From Amphiscolops sp. MND2022 (lineage: Eukaryota), in contig OZ076409.1 of NCBI GenBank assembly GCA_964187785.1, positions 69,318,001-69,382,000 of the forward strand: 64,000 bases of DNA, given 5' to 3'. Made by a program: the position numbers and the translations under genes. The notes under the pieces are model-generated. The model was not told where the DNA came from, made no database searches, and saw nothing but the letters and a program-made list of their open reading frames with translations. Positions 13,571 to 25,221 of this stretch are shown here, piece after piece; the stretch's first letter is position 1, and each line of letters starts with the position of its first letter.

Positions 13571-13797
13571 AACAAACATTTAACCAGTGCTAACGTACCA
13601 AACTTTTAAATACAGTTGGTTCTACTAATCGAAATCAATAAATTGTCTTTTTAGTTAAACTAGCCAAATTGTACCCTTGAGCTAGTCGTTGCTTTTCTGT
13701 TAATTTATAAACTGAATGTGAGTACCATTAACCCTATGGCGCTATTTTGAGATTCTTGAAGTACTTTGTAAATCGTTCCCCTTTCACCTCCTATTCT

Positions 13798-13808
13798 AGA
13801 GAGAGGAG
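13798..13808 (+). promoter_or_regulatory. Polypurine tract
   Basis: AGAGAGAGGAG abutting the TG of the 3' LTR. Confidence 0.9.
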
Positions 13809-14016
13809 TGTGGTAGAGCACTTGTTGTACAGCTTCATAAAACAAAAGTGTGAAAATAATTAATTACACTATTTATTAACAACCTGTCGAAAATAGTAAA
13901 AGTGGCAAAAGAAAACAATCTGCCAATACAGACAGTTACGCCATTCAATACAGTTTCTCACACTTCATCTTCTTTCGTCTATCTAGTTCTTTAGCCAATT
14001 CAGCTAGACTATAACA
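13809..14016 (+). repeat. 3' LTR
   Basis: 205/208 identical to the 5' LTR by eye; followed by TSD AAGAG. Confidence 0.97.
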
Positions 14017-14673
14017 AAGAGTCTTTGCAAAAACTCCTATTAAAAATAAAATGGATCGCTTGATATGGAAGTTCTAACGTGGAGGAGTAGGACCAGTCTG
14101 GGGTGGAACCTGTTTCTCTTCTCTAGCCATAGCAGTCACTGAGTTTTTGTTCAATCTCCCCACGTGCAATTTGTTGTCGGGACTAAAACAATGTGGATAA
14201 ATATAGAAAATTTGTAGTTGAGTACATGCACTTCCCTGATAATAAAGAAGTTCGCCGACATCTACATAAGTTGACAGAGCCATGGGTTGATTTAAAATTT
14301 ACTATAGAAGTTCATAGATTTTATACACAACTGATTGTCAATTAATTGTTAAAATAAGGGGCTCTATGGCCTCGTTTGATTTCGGTGAAGATATTTTTCA
14401 TCATGCAACAAGTGTACTTACGTCACTATATGCTGGATTGAAGATTTTTCATTTTAATCAAAGAAATGGAATCCAAACCTAGCCAAACTTATACTAATTT
14501 GAAACACAGCTCATACAATTTAATTTTTTTTTGCAAAAAGCAGTCTTTTTTGCAGTTGTATAAATTTTGAAAGCTTGAATTCGATATCGCTATTATTATC
14601 ATTCTCAAGGCAAAAGTATCAGAATATACTCAAAAAGTTGGCAATTACCCTCGAAGAAAGAGGTGTTGGCAAC

Positions 14674-14897
14674 TTACTCTTTGCTGGGAAAATATGACAC
14701 GCCTTCTCTAGATGGTCTGTAACAATCGAGTCTCCTCATGAAAGTGTAGAAAGCAAACACGATACCAATCAACACCAGCAGGGTGAGCAACAAAATTAGG
14801 GAGAGCACTACATTGCCCTCAGGGGTGTCAACCATCCAACTCTCCGTGCCATCTTCACTCTCCGGTGCGAAATCAGAACTGATGGGCGTGGCCTCCA
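14674..14897 (-). CDS. Cadherin-domain gene, transmembrane exon
   Basis: tttcag acceptor, phase 1 matches the upstream exon; hydrophobic VVLSLILLLTLLVLIGIVFAFYTFM followed by RR. Ends either at TAA (14674-14676) or at the overlapping gtaagt donor after 14678. Confidence 0.85.
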
Positions 14898-15849
14898 CTG
14901 AAACGTTGTACTATTTGACTTTAAGAAAATGCAATCAAAAGAGTTTGACTCAGGTACAAAAATATCTGATGAAAAACGCTTATTTCCTGAATTTGCACTG
15001 AGGACAAGTTACCTAGTTCATGAGTATCATATTGAGATGCTATTCGTAGATTTTGTAGGCTACTGAATCTTTTCGCTGAACAATTCGGTCAAGGTAAGAC
15101 GTCACCGCGTTTGAAAATCCATTCGCCAAGAGTTTCGAGCACAAAACTCAAATTGAACCAAGTTTTTGTATCGAGATTTTTTTTATTTGTCTTTGCGAAT
15201 CCCTGTTCACTCGTTCGAACTAAACTTCACAGCATAGAAATCTCATATATACTTTCCTGTATAAATGCTTTCCTATATAAATATAAGTTCTGTCCAAAAG
15301 TGTGTTATACAACAAGAATGTGATACATTTTTTTGGCTGGATAAAAACTTTAAACAAATGTTCTCGAACTATTTATGAGGGTTTTGATTACTACAACTTG
15401 CAATATATAAATCCATACTGTTAAAAGACAAGGAGTGAGAAAATTCAATTCGGGGGTTTGGAAAGAGTTTTTTACCTGCAATTGGAAGCTTAACAGAAAA
15501 AGGTTTTTTGAGGAAAGGCTATTTCACTTGAAAATTTTGTCAATTTCTATCTCCAGTTGATTTTGCTCTATAGGCTCACGACTATTGAATGAGAAATCAG
15601 ACTGCAACAATTCAAATTAGTATGAGAATGATGGGTGAGAAATCCAGTCGAATACCTTAACTTAAATTACCTACAGTTCCCAATCTAGGATACGACCATA
15701 ATCAAATCCGCAACTAAGACAGTTACGTTTGGCATAATTCCAGTTCGTTGAAGCTCCTACTTCAACCAAGTCACAAGTCTGGGTTTTGTCAGAAAATCTA
15801 CTCTGAGCTATAGTCAAAACAATATTCTATGGAAGTATCTTGTCATCGC

Positions 15850-16710
15850 GAGACAACACGCTTCTAGCTCTCTAACTTGGGTGTGTGTTTTTTATTCTAT
15901 TTCAATTCTGCCTCGTATTTGGCATTTTAGTTGTTGGGCGTCGGTATTTTTGAGTTTGCATGCTTTTACCTTCATGCTTACCCATTCGTTTCATGGCATG
16001 GCAAACACCACTAGGTATAGTTCAACTGAACATTCTTCGCCGCCAAGGACATATTGTTCAACAATTTGTCCAAAGTTAACATTCCATGACAGTTCAAGTC
16101 TCACAAGATGTTTATAATGTCGAGGGAATCGCTCAATGGACTTCAATTACATGGTGTACATGATCTCTACACGTGCGAGGCACTTTTCCGTCATTGTAAA
16201 AGCAGCTCGCTGCGAAATCTTTTGCCTAGTTAAAATGCATAAATTATGGTGCACACGACGCTGATTTACATGGTTTATTGAACGTTTTATCAGATAATCA
16301 GCTGTCGCCTTCTGAGATGACCTTCATGTTTACCAATGACGTCGAAGTTGTTTGTAATCATCCAAAGTTGCTACGCGCCAAGTTATATAGTTCTTGGATC
16401 AATCGTCTATGAGTCACATGATATGCGTTACCTTTGGTTACTTAAAGCAGGTACCCCTAGATGGGTTACAATTACATTTTCATCCACGTTAGTAAGCGAC
16501 TACGTTCGTGTTTGTAGTTCGTTTGAAGTATTACAAGACAAGATCAAATGCTTCTTCTCTGCCGGGCCCGAGCGTGCAGTCCCGCGTACCTTAGTAGAAT
16601 AATTCGTCTCGTGCAATGGGCTGATGGATGTAACTTTCACCTATTTTGCGTAGGGTTGGTAGGTGAACAAGGTAGGTGAAACAGGCAAGTTTCTTGAGCC
16701 TCGGATCAAC
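15850..16710. mobile_element. Possible highly decayed Penelope-like element remnant
   Basis: Minus strand near 15990-16030 reads TIPSGVCH (resembles YxIPCxxC of PLE GIY-YIG endonucleases); plus strand 16621-16705 has a degenerate hammerhead-like core. Weak. Confidence 0.25.
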
Positions 16711-17736
16711 TGGTGTCGTTTTGCATTACATTCGGGTTTGAATCAGTGTTTCTTAGTTTTCCTACGCGTGTCTTAGGGTCCGAAAAGATATGCAGGCGGT
16801 CTTCTATTCTTTGGCTTATCAATTTTTTACGTATAATATGGTTTATCCCTAACTTTGCCGACGCGCTCGAAAGGGGTGCCGACCTAGTGCACTTCCAGTG
16901 CTAATAGCCTGAGGTCAGTGTCCCAACTCGGCTCTAATTTCACAAAAGCGAGACACAACAGCTCATTTATACGTGTGCCAAATTTTGGGTCTCTACGATT
17001 GAAAGTTTTTGCAGAATGATTTTCCACGTTATAATCAGGCTTTTCAACTGTTTTTACCTAATCGACGAGTCTAGAGACATGATAAAAAGAGTTCTGTCTG
17101 TCGTCTGCGCTTTGCGCAAAAACTGTGAGTTTTTTAAAAAATGCCAACATCTTAAAATTCTACACACGGTTTTGGTTTTGGACCGTGAACGATAAGATTT
17201 CCTGATGCGCTGCAATAAAAAAAAGCGTAAAAAAGTGATCAAAGAGTTCTTTCAAGTCCAACGTTTCGAAAAACCCTATGCAATATAATTGTTGAAAACT
17301 TGAAATGAACCAAACTAAACGGTGCAAACTGCCAAACAGTTGCTCAGTAAAATGTGTTCTACCTGTAAAAAGACATCTTATAACAACGGATGGATCAAAA
17401 ATGAGTCAAGAATTTAAAGATGGTACTGCATTTAAAATTTCTCCAAAAAATCCGAAAAAGAAACCTATATGCTCAAACATGGGGGCGTGAATACCTTATT
17501 GGACACTTTTTGAGATTTCGTCGTTTCTTGAATGCCAGTTAGTGGGTGAGGCAAAGGGCATGGAACGATCCATGTAACCGTACAGTCACAATCCATATCA
17601 GAAATTCTTTTTCAAATAAAAGTGAAAAAGTTTGTTGAATTAAAAATTGTAACTTATCAAATAATTGAGATACTTTGAAAAGGATGGATTGGGATCAAGG
17701 TAATTTCACACTTTTTGTCATTTTAATGTATCTAAC

Positions 17737-17915
17737 CGTGTCTAACTCCAAAAGAAACGATTTGCGGAGACTGGAATAGTTCAGAAGGAGTTCCATCAGC
17801 GTACTCTCTAAAAGCAGCCAGCAATTCGTCAGCTTTTATGAACACTTTAGTCTGGTTCAGGCCGCTTTCTTTCAAAGTTAGGTCACTCTGGATGGCGTAA
17901 ACTGAAACTCGGACT
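17737..17915 (-). CDS. Cadherin-domain gene exon (membrane-proximal region)
   Basis: tttcag / gttaga splice sites; phase 2 to 1; VRVSVYAIQSDLTL...FGVRH. Confidence 0.8.
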
Positions 17916-18482
17916 CTGAAACACCAACTCAAAATCATAAACAGGTGAGGTTATTTGAGCATACAATACAATAAAAGCTATCAGATGCTTGTCAAACACT
18001 GGAAGGAGTGAAGCTTTGTTGCACCCCTCAATTTTTGTTCCTTCCATTCATTTTTTTCGACTTTGAAAAGTTGTAATCATTGGGATAAAATTTCCGAGAA
18101 TAACTTTCATTTTTTTCAGCGTACTTCTTTCGGAATCAGAGACTACCTACAAACTCAACCAAATATCACCAAGTGAAATATTCTACTCTGATGATACGGT
18201 CCTTTCGATGGAAATGTTTAGCTCACAAGTATTGAAAGACCATTTACGTTCTTTGTTTCCTCTAAAAATAGATTTAAAATTCCCCCAAACGATAACATCA
18301 TTAATGCTTTTATTCAAAACTTTAGTTAGGAAAATTGAAAACACGGGTTTTCAAATGAAACAAGATGCTTTAAATTCTGAAATGAAAAACACAAACTTCA
18401 AAAAATAGTTCATGTTAGGATTTGAGAAATGAATAAAAACCTTTCTCAGTTTAGGTTGAGAAAAAGTTAGGAAGAAGCTAAC

Positions 18483-18674
18483 CCATTTGAAATGACATTT
18501 TCTCTCAACGCATATCCGTTAACTTCGTAGATGAAGAACTTGTACGGATGCATGAGATCTTCAAGAGCCAGAATGAAGTTGTCCTTGTTGAAACTTGGGT
18601 AATCAATTCCACAGTACAAGTCTACCAAAACTACACTGGCGTCGAAAGTGTCGATTCGGATAGTTGCCATTTTC
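18483..18674 (-). CDS. Cadherin-domain gene exon (end of last repeat / membrane-adjacent domain)
   Basis: gacag / gttagc; phase 2 to 2; KMATIRIDTFDASVVLVDL... Confidence 0.8.
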
Positions 18675-18907
18675 CTGTCAAACACAATCAGCAAAAACAG
18701 AATTAAATAAAAAAACATTAATTCATGGTTAGAAATGAAAGTCTTGCGCGAGAGGATTAATAGGAATCAAACAATCTGAAAATTACTCAAGATGACATCA
18801 AAGTTTAGCCAGATGAAATTTACACTTGATCTTAATGGGAGTCAAATTTAACACCAGGCTTTGGAATTTTCAATTGCATCCACGATTGAGTCTCTAGTTC
18901 GGCTAAC

Positions 18908-19082
18908 TTTCCAATGTTCTGAGGTTGCCCAGGTTCCCCAGTATCAAACACGACTCCATATATGACATAAGTAGTGTCAGTGAGTAATGTTTGTCCCTTC
19001 GTGAACACATCTCCTGTGTCGGAATCTATCCCGAACTCCTCTGAAAATGACCCCAGAGCAAAGATTGGCACTGCGTTTAAGC
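18908..19082 (-). CDS. Cadherin-domain gene exon
   Basis: ctgcag / gttagc; phase 1 to 2; GLNA...FGIDSDTGDV...DTGEP cadherin motifs. Confidence 0.88.
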
Positions 19083-19336
19083 CTGCAGAACAAACAGCAG
19101 TTTGAAGAAATGGTTGAGAACAGTCAAATTCGAACCCTGCTTGATCTTATGTAGTTCGGAAATGCCGACAAAAAATTGAATATACAGTATTTTGTATCGT
19201 TACATGAGTATTTTTTAAAAAAATCATTTTTATAGTAGAGCCTTAAAAGAGATTACCGTTCAACATTGACTAGATGCAAATATTTTTTTATCATAGTTCG
19301 ATTTCGAAAGAAACAGAATTTGGACACCTGATTACT

Positions 19337-19391
19337 GGGACTCTTTTATGAGGGGACTCTTTTATGAGCACTGAGGGGACTCTTTTTTGAG
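19337..19391. repeat. Short tandem repeat (GGGACTCTTTTATGAG) x3
   Basis: Read directly from the sequence. Confidence 0.8.
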
Positions 19392-19944
19392 AGACTATTT
19401 TAAAATGTGAACATTGACAAACAAATTCTCAAGAAAACCACCTTTCAAACTTCTGTCTAAAAATCAGAAAACTCGAACTTTGGGAAGAAGTTTCCGTCGA
19501 ATTTTGGAAAGACATTTCCGTCGAACTTTTTAGAACAATAGTCACAGAGTGTCAAAAATGCCCAAGAGGAATAACTTTCTAGGCTCTTAACCGAAAACTG
19601 GAATGCGGATGTCTAGTCAAATAGAAAAAATAGAAAAAGTTGCAAAGCGACAAAAACCCTATTGGCCCTTTTTTGATCCTGTTGTGTTTTTTTTAATTAA
19701 AAGTGTGAAGTGTGAAGCCCTGAAGTGTGAAAAAATCAAAGGGAGATTTTCGAAACCTCTGGGTAGACTTTAGTTTTAGGGTTAACGCTGCTAAAATCTT
19801 AGACAAACTTTTTATTGCGAAAATTTGCACAGTGCTGAAATATTATATGAAGAGATGACGCTTTCGTCAAGTTAGACTAGGTAAATGTTTAAAAATTACA
19901 GCAATCAGTGGTTGCGAAGCGAAATCACGTACGTCTGCTTCCTG

Positions 19945-20494
19945 CCCTGGTTGGAACTGCTTGAACTATTAACATGTTTTTGTAGGTTACCAACCTAATT
20001 TTCCATGATTGTATAAAATTTTCAAAGAAACGTCCATGCAACAAAACTTCACTGATTCGATTTAATTTTATCAAGCTGCCTATAAGATGCATCCTAAATT
20101 TGGCGGCAATTTTGCGCCGGAAAGTTTTGCAGGTTTCATTAAGACACCGTTCTAATTTTCGAAGCAGCTGAGACCGTCATCAATTTTACCGCGCTTTCAA
20201 TGCAAATAAACTTCAGTCACATTATAAGTTTCAAAGTTACGTCATATTCAGCGTGCTATCTGACTAACGGTTATAACATAAAATACTTACATGAGAAACT
20301 TTGCGTGAAAACAAAGTGATCGCGGTGGTGAAGAAGTGGAAATGTTTTCAGTTTTAATGAAATAGTGGAAGCTGCATTGTAATCCTACAAAATGTTTCCA
20401 TGCAGGCTCCCGGAATTTTCCACGTTTTGTAAAAAAAAATTAGCCTGCATGTTTCCATTTAGCATGTAAAATTTTCAAGCAATCTCGACTAGGG
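19945..20494. mobile_element. MITE copy 1 (CCC...GGG, TSD TG)
   Basis: Imperfect TIRs ccctggttggaactgcttg / caagcaatctcgactaggg; TG on both flanks; similar along its length to the adjacent copy. Confidence 0.85.
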
Positions 20495-20502
20495 TGGCAC
20501 TA

Positions 20503-21055
20503 CCCTGGTTGGAACTGCTTGGACTTTTTACATGTTTTTGTACGTTACCAAGCTAAATTTCCATGATTTTATAAAATTCTTAAAGAAATGACCATGCATT
20601 AAATCTTTACTGATTCGATTTAATTTTATCAAGCTGCCTATAAAATGCATCTTAAATTTGGCGGCAATTTTGCGCCGCAAAATTTTGCAAGTTTCATAAA
20701 GACGCTGTTCTAATTTTGAAAGCAGCTGAGACCTTGATCAATTTTACCGCGCTTTCAATGCAAAGAAACTTCAGTCACACTATATGTTTCAAAGTAGCGT
20801 CATATTCAGCGTGCTATCTGACTAACGGTGATTACATAAGGACTTTACATGAGAAACTTACGCGTGAAAACAAAGTGATCGCTGCGGTCGGTGAAGAAGT
20901 GGAAATGTTTTGAGTTTTAATTCAAATAGTGAAGGCTGCATTGTGATCCTACAAAATGTTTCCATGCACGGTCCCGGAATTTTCCATGTTTAATAAAAAA
21001 TTTGCCTGCATGTTTCCATGCAGTATGTAAGAAGTTCAAGCAATCTCGACTAGGG
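20503..21055. mobile_element. MITE copy 2 (CCC...GGG, TSD TA)
   Basis: Same TIRs as copy 1; TA on both flanks. Confidence 0.85.
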
Positions 21056-21881
21056 TAATGAACACAAACAAACACATGCGTTACCTCCAGGCCAAAATGT
21101 ACTTTTCACCAGCATCTAGTAGTTTAAGGCAGAATCAAACTCATCAGGAATATCTTAACTTTGAATGACATCACTTTAAAAAGCATGTACGGCGCGGTGT
21201 GAGTCGTGCCTCAGTTATGCTCAAAATGTGCAAAATTCATCAAATAGTTAACGAAATTCTCAAAATGCAAACCTCTCACAATGCCACAAAACATTCGATA
21301 AAAACTTATTGGGCTTAGGAAAACTTCTTTCGAAACAGAAACTCAAAGCGAGAACCACCTTAGGGTTTAGAAAACTTGTCGCGAAATCTCAAAGAGTGTC
21401 GAAAAATCCACATTTAGCTTCATAACTCAAATAAAGTGTTTTCAATAAAATTAAGGACCGTTTCAATAATTTTGCCACTCTTCAAAACTTATCCGTTTTG
21501 AAGAATTTTTATCGTTACTTCGACCAAATTGAGAAAAAACCTCAAAATTATTATAAAAGTCGCGTTTCCGCTTCATCAAACGTCGATTAAAAGTCAGATT
21601 GAAAAAGATTAGCTCCAGCCTCCATCAACCAATAAAAGAGGGCAAGGTAACAGCAAAACTTTGGGAAATAACGAAGTGTTACAAATGTTTTTTTTCTCGC
21701 AAGAATAAACAATTTACAACAGACTTATCTAATAAGTACTTGGGCCATTGTATTCAGCTAAGCTCTATTCTTTTGAAATTACTACTGATACTTATTATCA
21801 ACGTATTATCACGCATATTTCGTTGCATCGTTGTCCTACAAGATATTTAGGGGTAGGTACTGAATGAGGTTCAACACTCAC

Positions 21882-22089
21882 CGCTGTCAAGATCAGTGGC
21901 AGACAGTGTCATGAGGTAACTTCTGTATTCCGTGTCGTATCTGGTGGCCACACTGAAGAATGTCTCGGTGAGAGCAGGCTCATTGTCATTCTGGTCTATG
22001 ATGTTAACCGTTACCAGAGTGGTGGCTGAAGTTTCTATCACTGACCCCCCAAAATTGTTGCGGTCAACACAATACACGTTGAATTGAAC
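21882..22089 (-). CDS. Cadherin-domain gene exon
   Basis: tttcag / gtgagt; phase 0 to 1; canonical VTVNIIDQNDNEP and LSATDLD motifs. Confidence 0.93.
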
Positions 22090-22204
22090 CTGAAAACTCT
22101 CATTTGGATACTCTTTGCAAAATCGTTCAGAGAAAAAGCTGTTTCATCAACTTAGAGGTTATGGACGAGAAAAAGAGCTTTTGTGTAAGACACTAAACCC
22201 CTAC

Positions 22205-22337
22205 TTGGTGGACAATTTCGTAATCGGGTGGTCTCAGTACTTGCAGTCTGCCTGTCACTGAGTCTAGAATGCCGACCTTGAAGTAATACCCTCCGTCATT
22301 GTCTGCTGCTGGTTTGTTGCTATCAATGGTGTATCTC
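22205..22337 (-). CDS. Cadherin-domain gene exon
   Basis: caacag / gtaggg; phase 2 to 0; TGRLQVLRPPDYE. Confidence 0.9.
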
Positions 22338-22751
22338 CTGTTGAAAAGGGTATTTGAAATTAACCAATTACAAGGGTCGAAACAAAAATCTGATGAAAAT
22401 TTAAAAAAATAATTCTTATGCCGTATTTTCCGTTTCTTAAACTGTTTTTCTTTCATTTTCAAAACTGCCGATTCGATCGAATACTAGTCTTGGTATTTGA
22501 TTAGCTCTGCAAAATTAGTAACGTTCCTCTGAAATTGTTTTTGTTTATTGTTAACTACAGACGGTCTAAAGACATTTGAGATTCGGGAACAAGTAGTTTC
22601 TGGAACATTTTTTGAACAACCAATAGTTATCTATTGTTCATATTTTCAGCCATTTCGCTTTTAGAATACTTTCAGCCAAATCATTTCGCGGATTTTTATC
22701 AACTTGAAAACATATATGTTAAAAATATTTTCAGAATAAAAATCTTTTCAC

Positions 22752-22948
22752 GTGATGACGTCAGCGACACAGTCATAGAGATCTTGACAAGGCATATCGC
22801 CCACAACTGTGTCGAAGGGCGCGTTTTCGTTCACACTGAAGGTGAAGGCCTCTTCCATCTCTGCCTGATACTCGTTCACGTCTCTCAGCAGCATGGAGAG
22901 AGTCACTGTGTTGGTCGTCTCCAAGCCCGTGTCGTCCACTCCAACCAC
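22752..22948 (-). CDS. Cadherin-domain gene exon
   Basis: ctgcag / gtgaaa; phase 0 to 2; LRDVNE...FSVNENAP. Confidence 0.9.
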
Positions 22949-23283
22949 CTGCAGTTCCAAATAAAGATCCTTACCTTATCTTTACCTTGAATCTTCCATT
23001 CTAATCGGAAAATTTCCTTTTTTGGTGCATGATCTTTACGTGTTTCACAATGTCCAAGCACGAAAAAATTCGCGAAATTAAAATTAAAATGTCTCGCAAA
23101 GCTGTTTGTAAAGTTTTTAGAGCTTTCTACGAACTTTTTTCATATGTAGAATTTCGCCAACCGATTTCAAGCCAGATTACAGAGTGAAATGAGTAATTTT
23201 GTTCATACGAGTTATTATTGAAGTAATTCACTTTTTAGGAATCATTGTTTACTAGAACGTTTGCGAAATTGTTCTCAACTCAC

Positions 23284-23378
23284 ATTCATGTGAAAACTGT
23301 AGTAGTTGAGATTCCAATTCTGCGCCTTGCATAGTTTTTCGTAATCAATCTCATTCACTTGATAGAGATAATATTTAT
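23284..23378 (-). CDS. Cadherin-domain gene exon
   Basis: tttcag / gtgagt; phase 1 to 0; EIDYE motif. Confidence 0.85.
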
Positions 23379-23932
23379 CTGAAACAACAAACAAACTTGA
23401 CTCACAAACTTGAGTCAATTGTTGAATAGAAGCTTTGGCTGAAGAGGAACTGCAACTTTGTACAGCCACTTTCTTGAAAAATTTTCTCCAAACTTAGCAT
23501 AATCTTTCTACAAACTCAAATGGTACGGCTAAAAAAATTATGCTTTAGTGAACGTTCAAAATTACCGTGTATTAAAGAAAAGACTGTATATTTTGTGTAG
23601 TTTTGCAGAAATTCCGCATTATGTAATGCCGAACAGTACATTTTGTGTTATATTTCGAGAGCGGAAACATTCCATTGTTTTGCGGGTGCTTCAAGTTGTG
23701 GAAGCAAATTTCTGGTGAAAAGAAAAGATTCTAGAATGGCAAGCATTAAATGAAAGAGAAAATGCTAAATTTTCTCACAAAAGATAATTTGTCTGGAATT
23801 TATATAATTATATAATTTATCCATGGATTTTTGGAAATAAAAATTTTGGAAATAAAAATTTGGATGCATATATCATAGAAAATTTCATAACCTAGATGAT
23901 CTTTTGTAATAAAATGCCGAAATTTCACTGAC

Positions 23933-24167
23933 TAGTTCCGGGGTTGGACTTTATTTCGAAATAGGGTTCCATGATGTTGGTGTCCTTGAATTGGAACGTA
24001 GCGACACATGTAGTCAATGGGTTGTCTGGACTGCAGTCTGGGTCGTAGTACTGTCTGGCTGCCAGGTAATCGCCCAGGTCAGCGATATACAGTCCGTCAG
24101 TGGCCACAGAGGGAAACTGGTTCGTGGATGGAAGAGATGCCTCGTTGATGAAGATGCTAGGGTTTCT
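23933..24167 (-). CDS. Cadherin-domain gene exon
   Basis: gtctag / gtcagt; phase 0 to 1; IFINE...YYDPD. Confidence 0.78.
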
Positions 24168-25221
24168 CTAGACCACAAACATATAGTTGATGGAATTATG
24201 CCAATCTTCAATGAGAAATCGAGTAAATTTTAATGCACTATTGAAAGAAAAGGCTACAAAAATTTCTATTTTTGTAAAAGTACTCTGTTGGCTGAATTTT
24301 TGAAAAGAATGCAACAAATTTCTAAAAAAAAATAATTGAACGAAGTTGTAGTGAGTGCTTCATTTTTCTGACTATAAACAATCAGAAGGATGAAATAGAT
24401 TTCAATTATGAGAATTCGTCAGGCAAACAATTTGTTCGAATGAATACTATTTCCGGATAACCTATACATTACGTCAAGTCAGCTCTTCCATATCAGAGTC
24501 TCCCTCTATCATGACGAGGACGTCTTAAGTCTGGATCCCACTTAACACTCGAACGCTCAAAGTCTCATTATTAAGCTCAAGGTGACTTTTATGAAATTCT
24601 GATTGACTTCAGAGTGCCAAAAATTGGAAAAGCATCTTTTGCGCTCAAAAAATTGCACTCAGTGACGATCAAGCGACTGCTCAAAAAAGTGGACCATTCA
24701 GTGAAGTCTGTGGTCTGACACACAACTTGCGACTTTAATAGTCGGGTGCTTTTTGTTACAGACAGCGCCGACTAAAAAGACACCCCACGCTAACATGCCA
24801 TTAGAACCAAAAAACACAGTGAAGCGAAAAAACGTGTCACTACAGAGCAAACGCTTGGAGTTAATATGGTTGATCTGGAGAAGCGCTAAGTACGAAATTC
24901 GAAAGAACACGTTCAATCTGTCAAATCATTTTAAGGGTATTTACAATTCAATTCAACCTGGATACTTTGACGTATGAATTATTCACTCAAGCATGAGTTT
25001 TTCGAAATTCAGGAAACGGCATAAGTCGATGACTCGTTCAATGCTAAAATAGCGCATTTTTTTTAAAATGCTAAAATTCAGTTTCTGCGAAATATTTGAA
25101 AAATCTCACAGTGCCGACAAACACCTTTTGAGAATAAAAAGCTATTTCCAAACTAAAAGTAATTAAAACTTATTAAGTGGGACCCTGTAGTGAAAAAAAT
25201 TATGTAGAAGTCGCACAAACC

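Larger units (their letters stand above)
8695..14016 (+). mobile_element. Full-length Ty3/Gypsy LTR retrotransposon, Mag-like, disabled
   Basis: Two 208-bp TG...CA LTRs (3 differences by eye), 5-bp TSD AAGAG (8690-8694 / 14017-14021), PBS, PPT, and domain order gag-PR-RT-RNaseH-IN. Short LTRs, 5-bp TSD and a Ser-type PBS fit the Mag group (inference). Confidence 0.95.

Noticed and set aside
8695..14016. Apparent paradox of near-identical LTRs with a broken ORF
   Set aside because: 3 differences in 208 bp implies tens of mutations over the ~4.9-kb interior, enough to explain a few stops and frameshifts.
14074..14140. Terminal cadherin exon (MAREEKQVPPQTGPTPPR)
   Set aside because: Acceptor phase does not join the TM exon donor without a stop; cannot be supported without transcripts.
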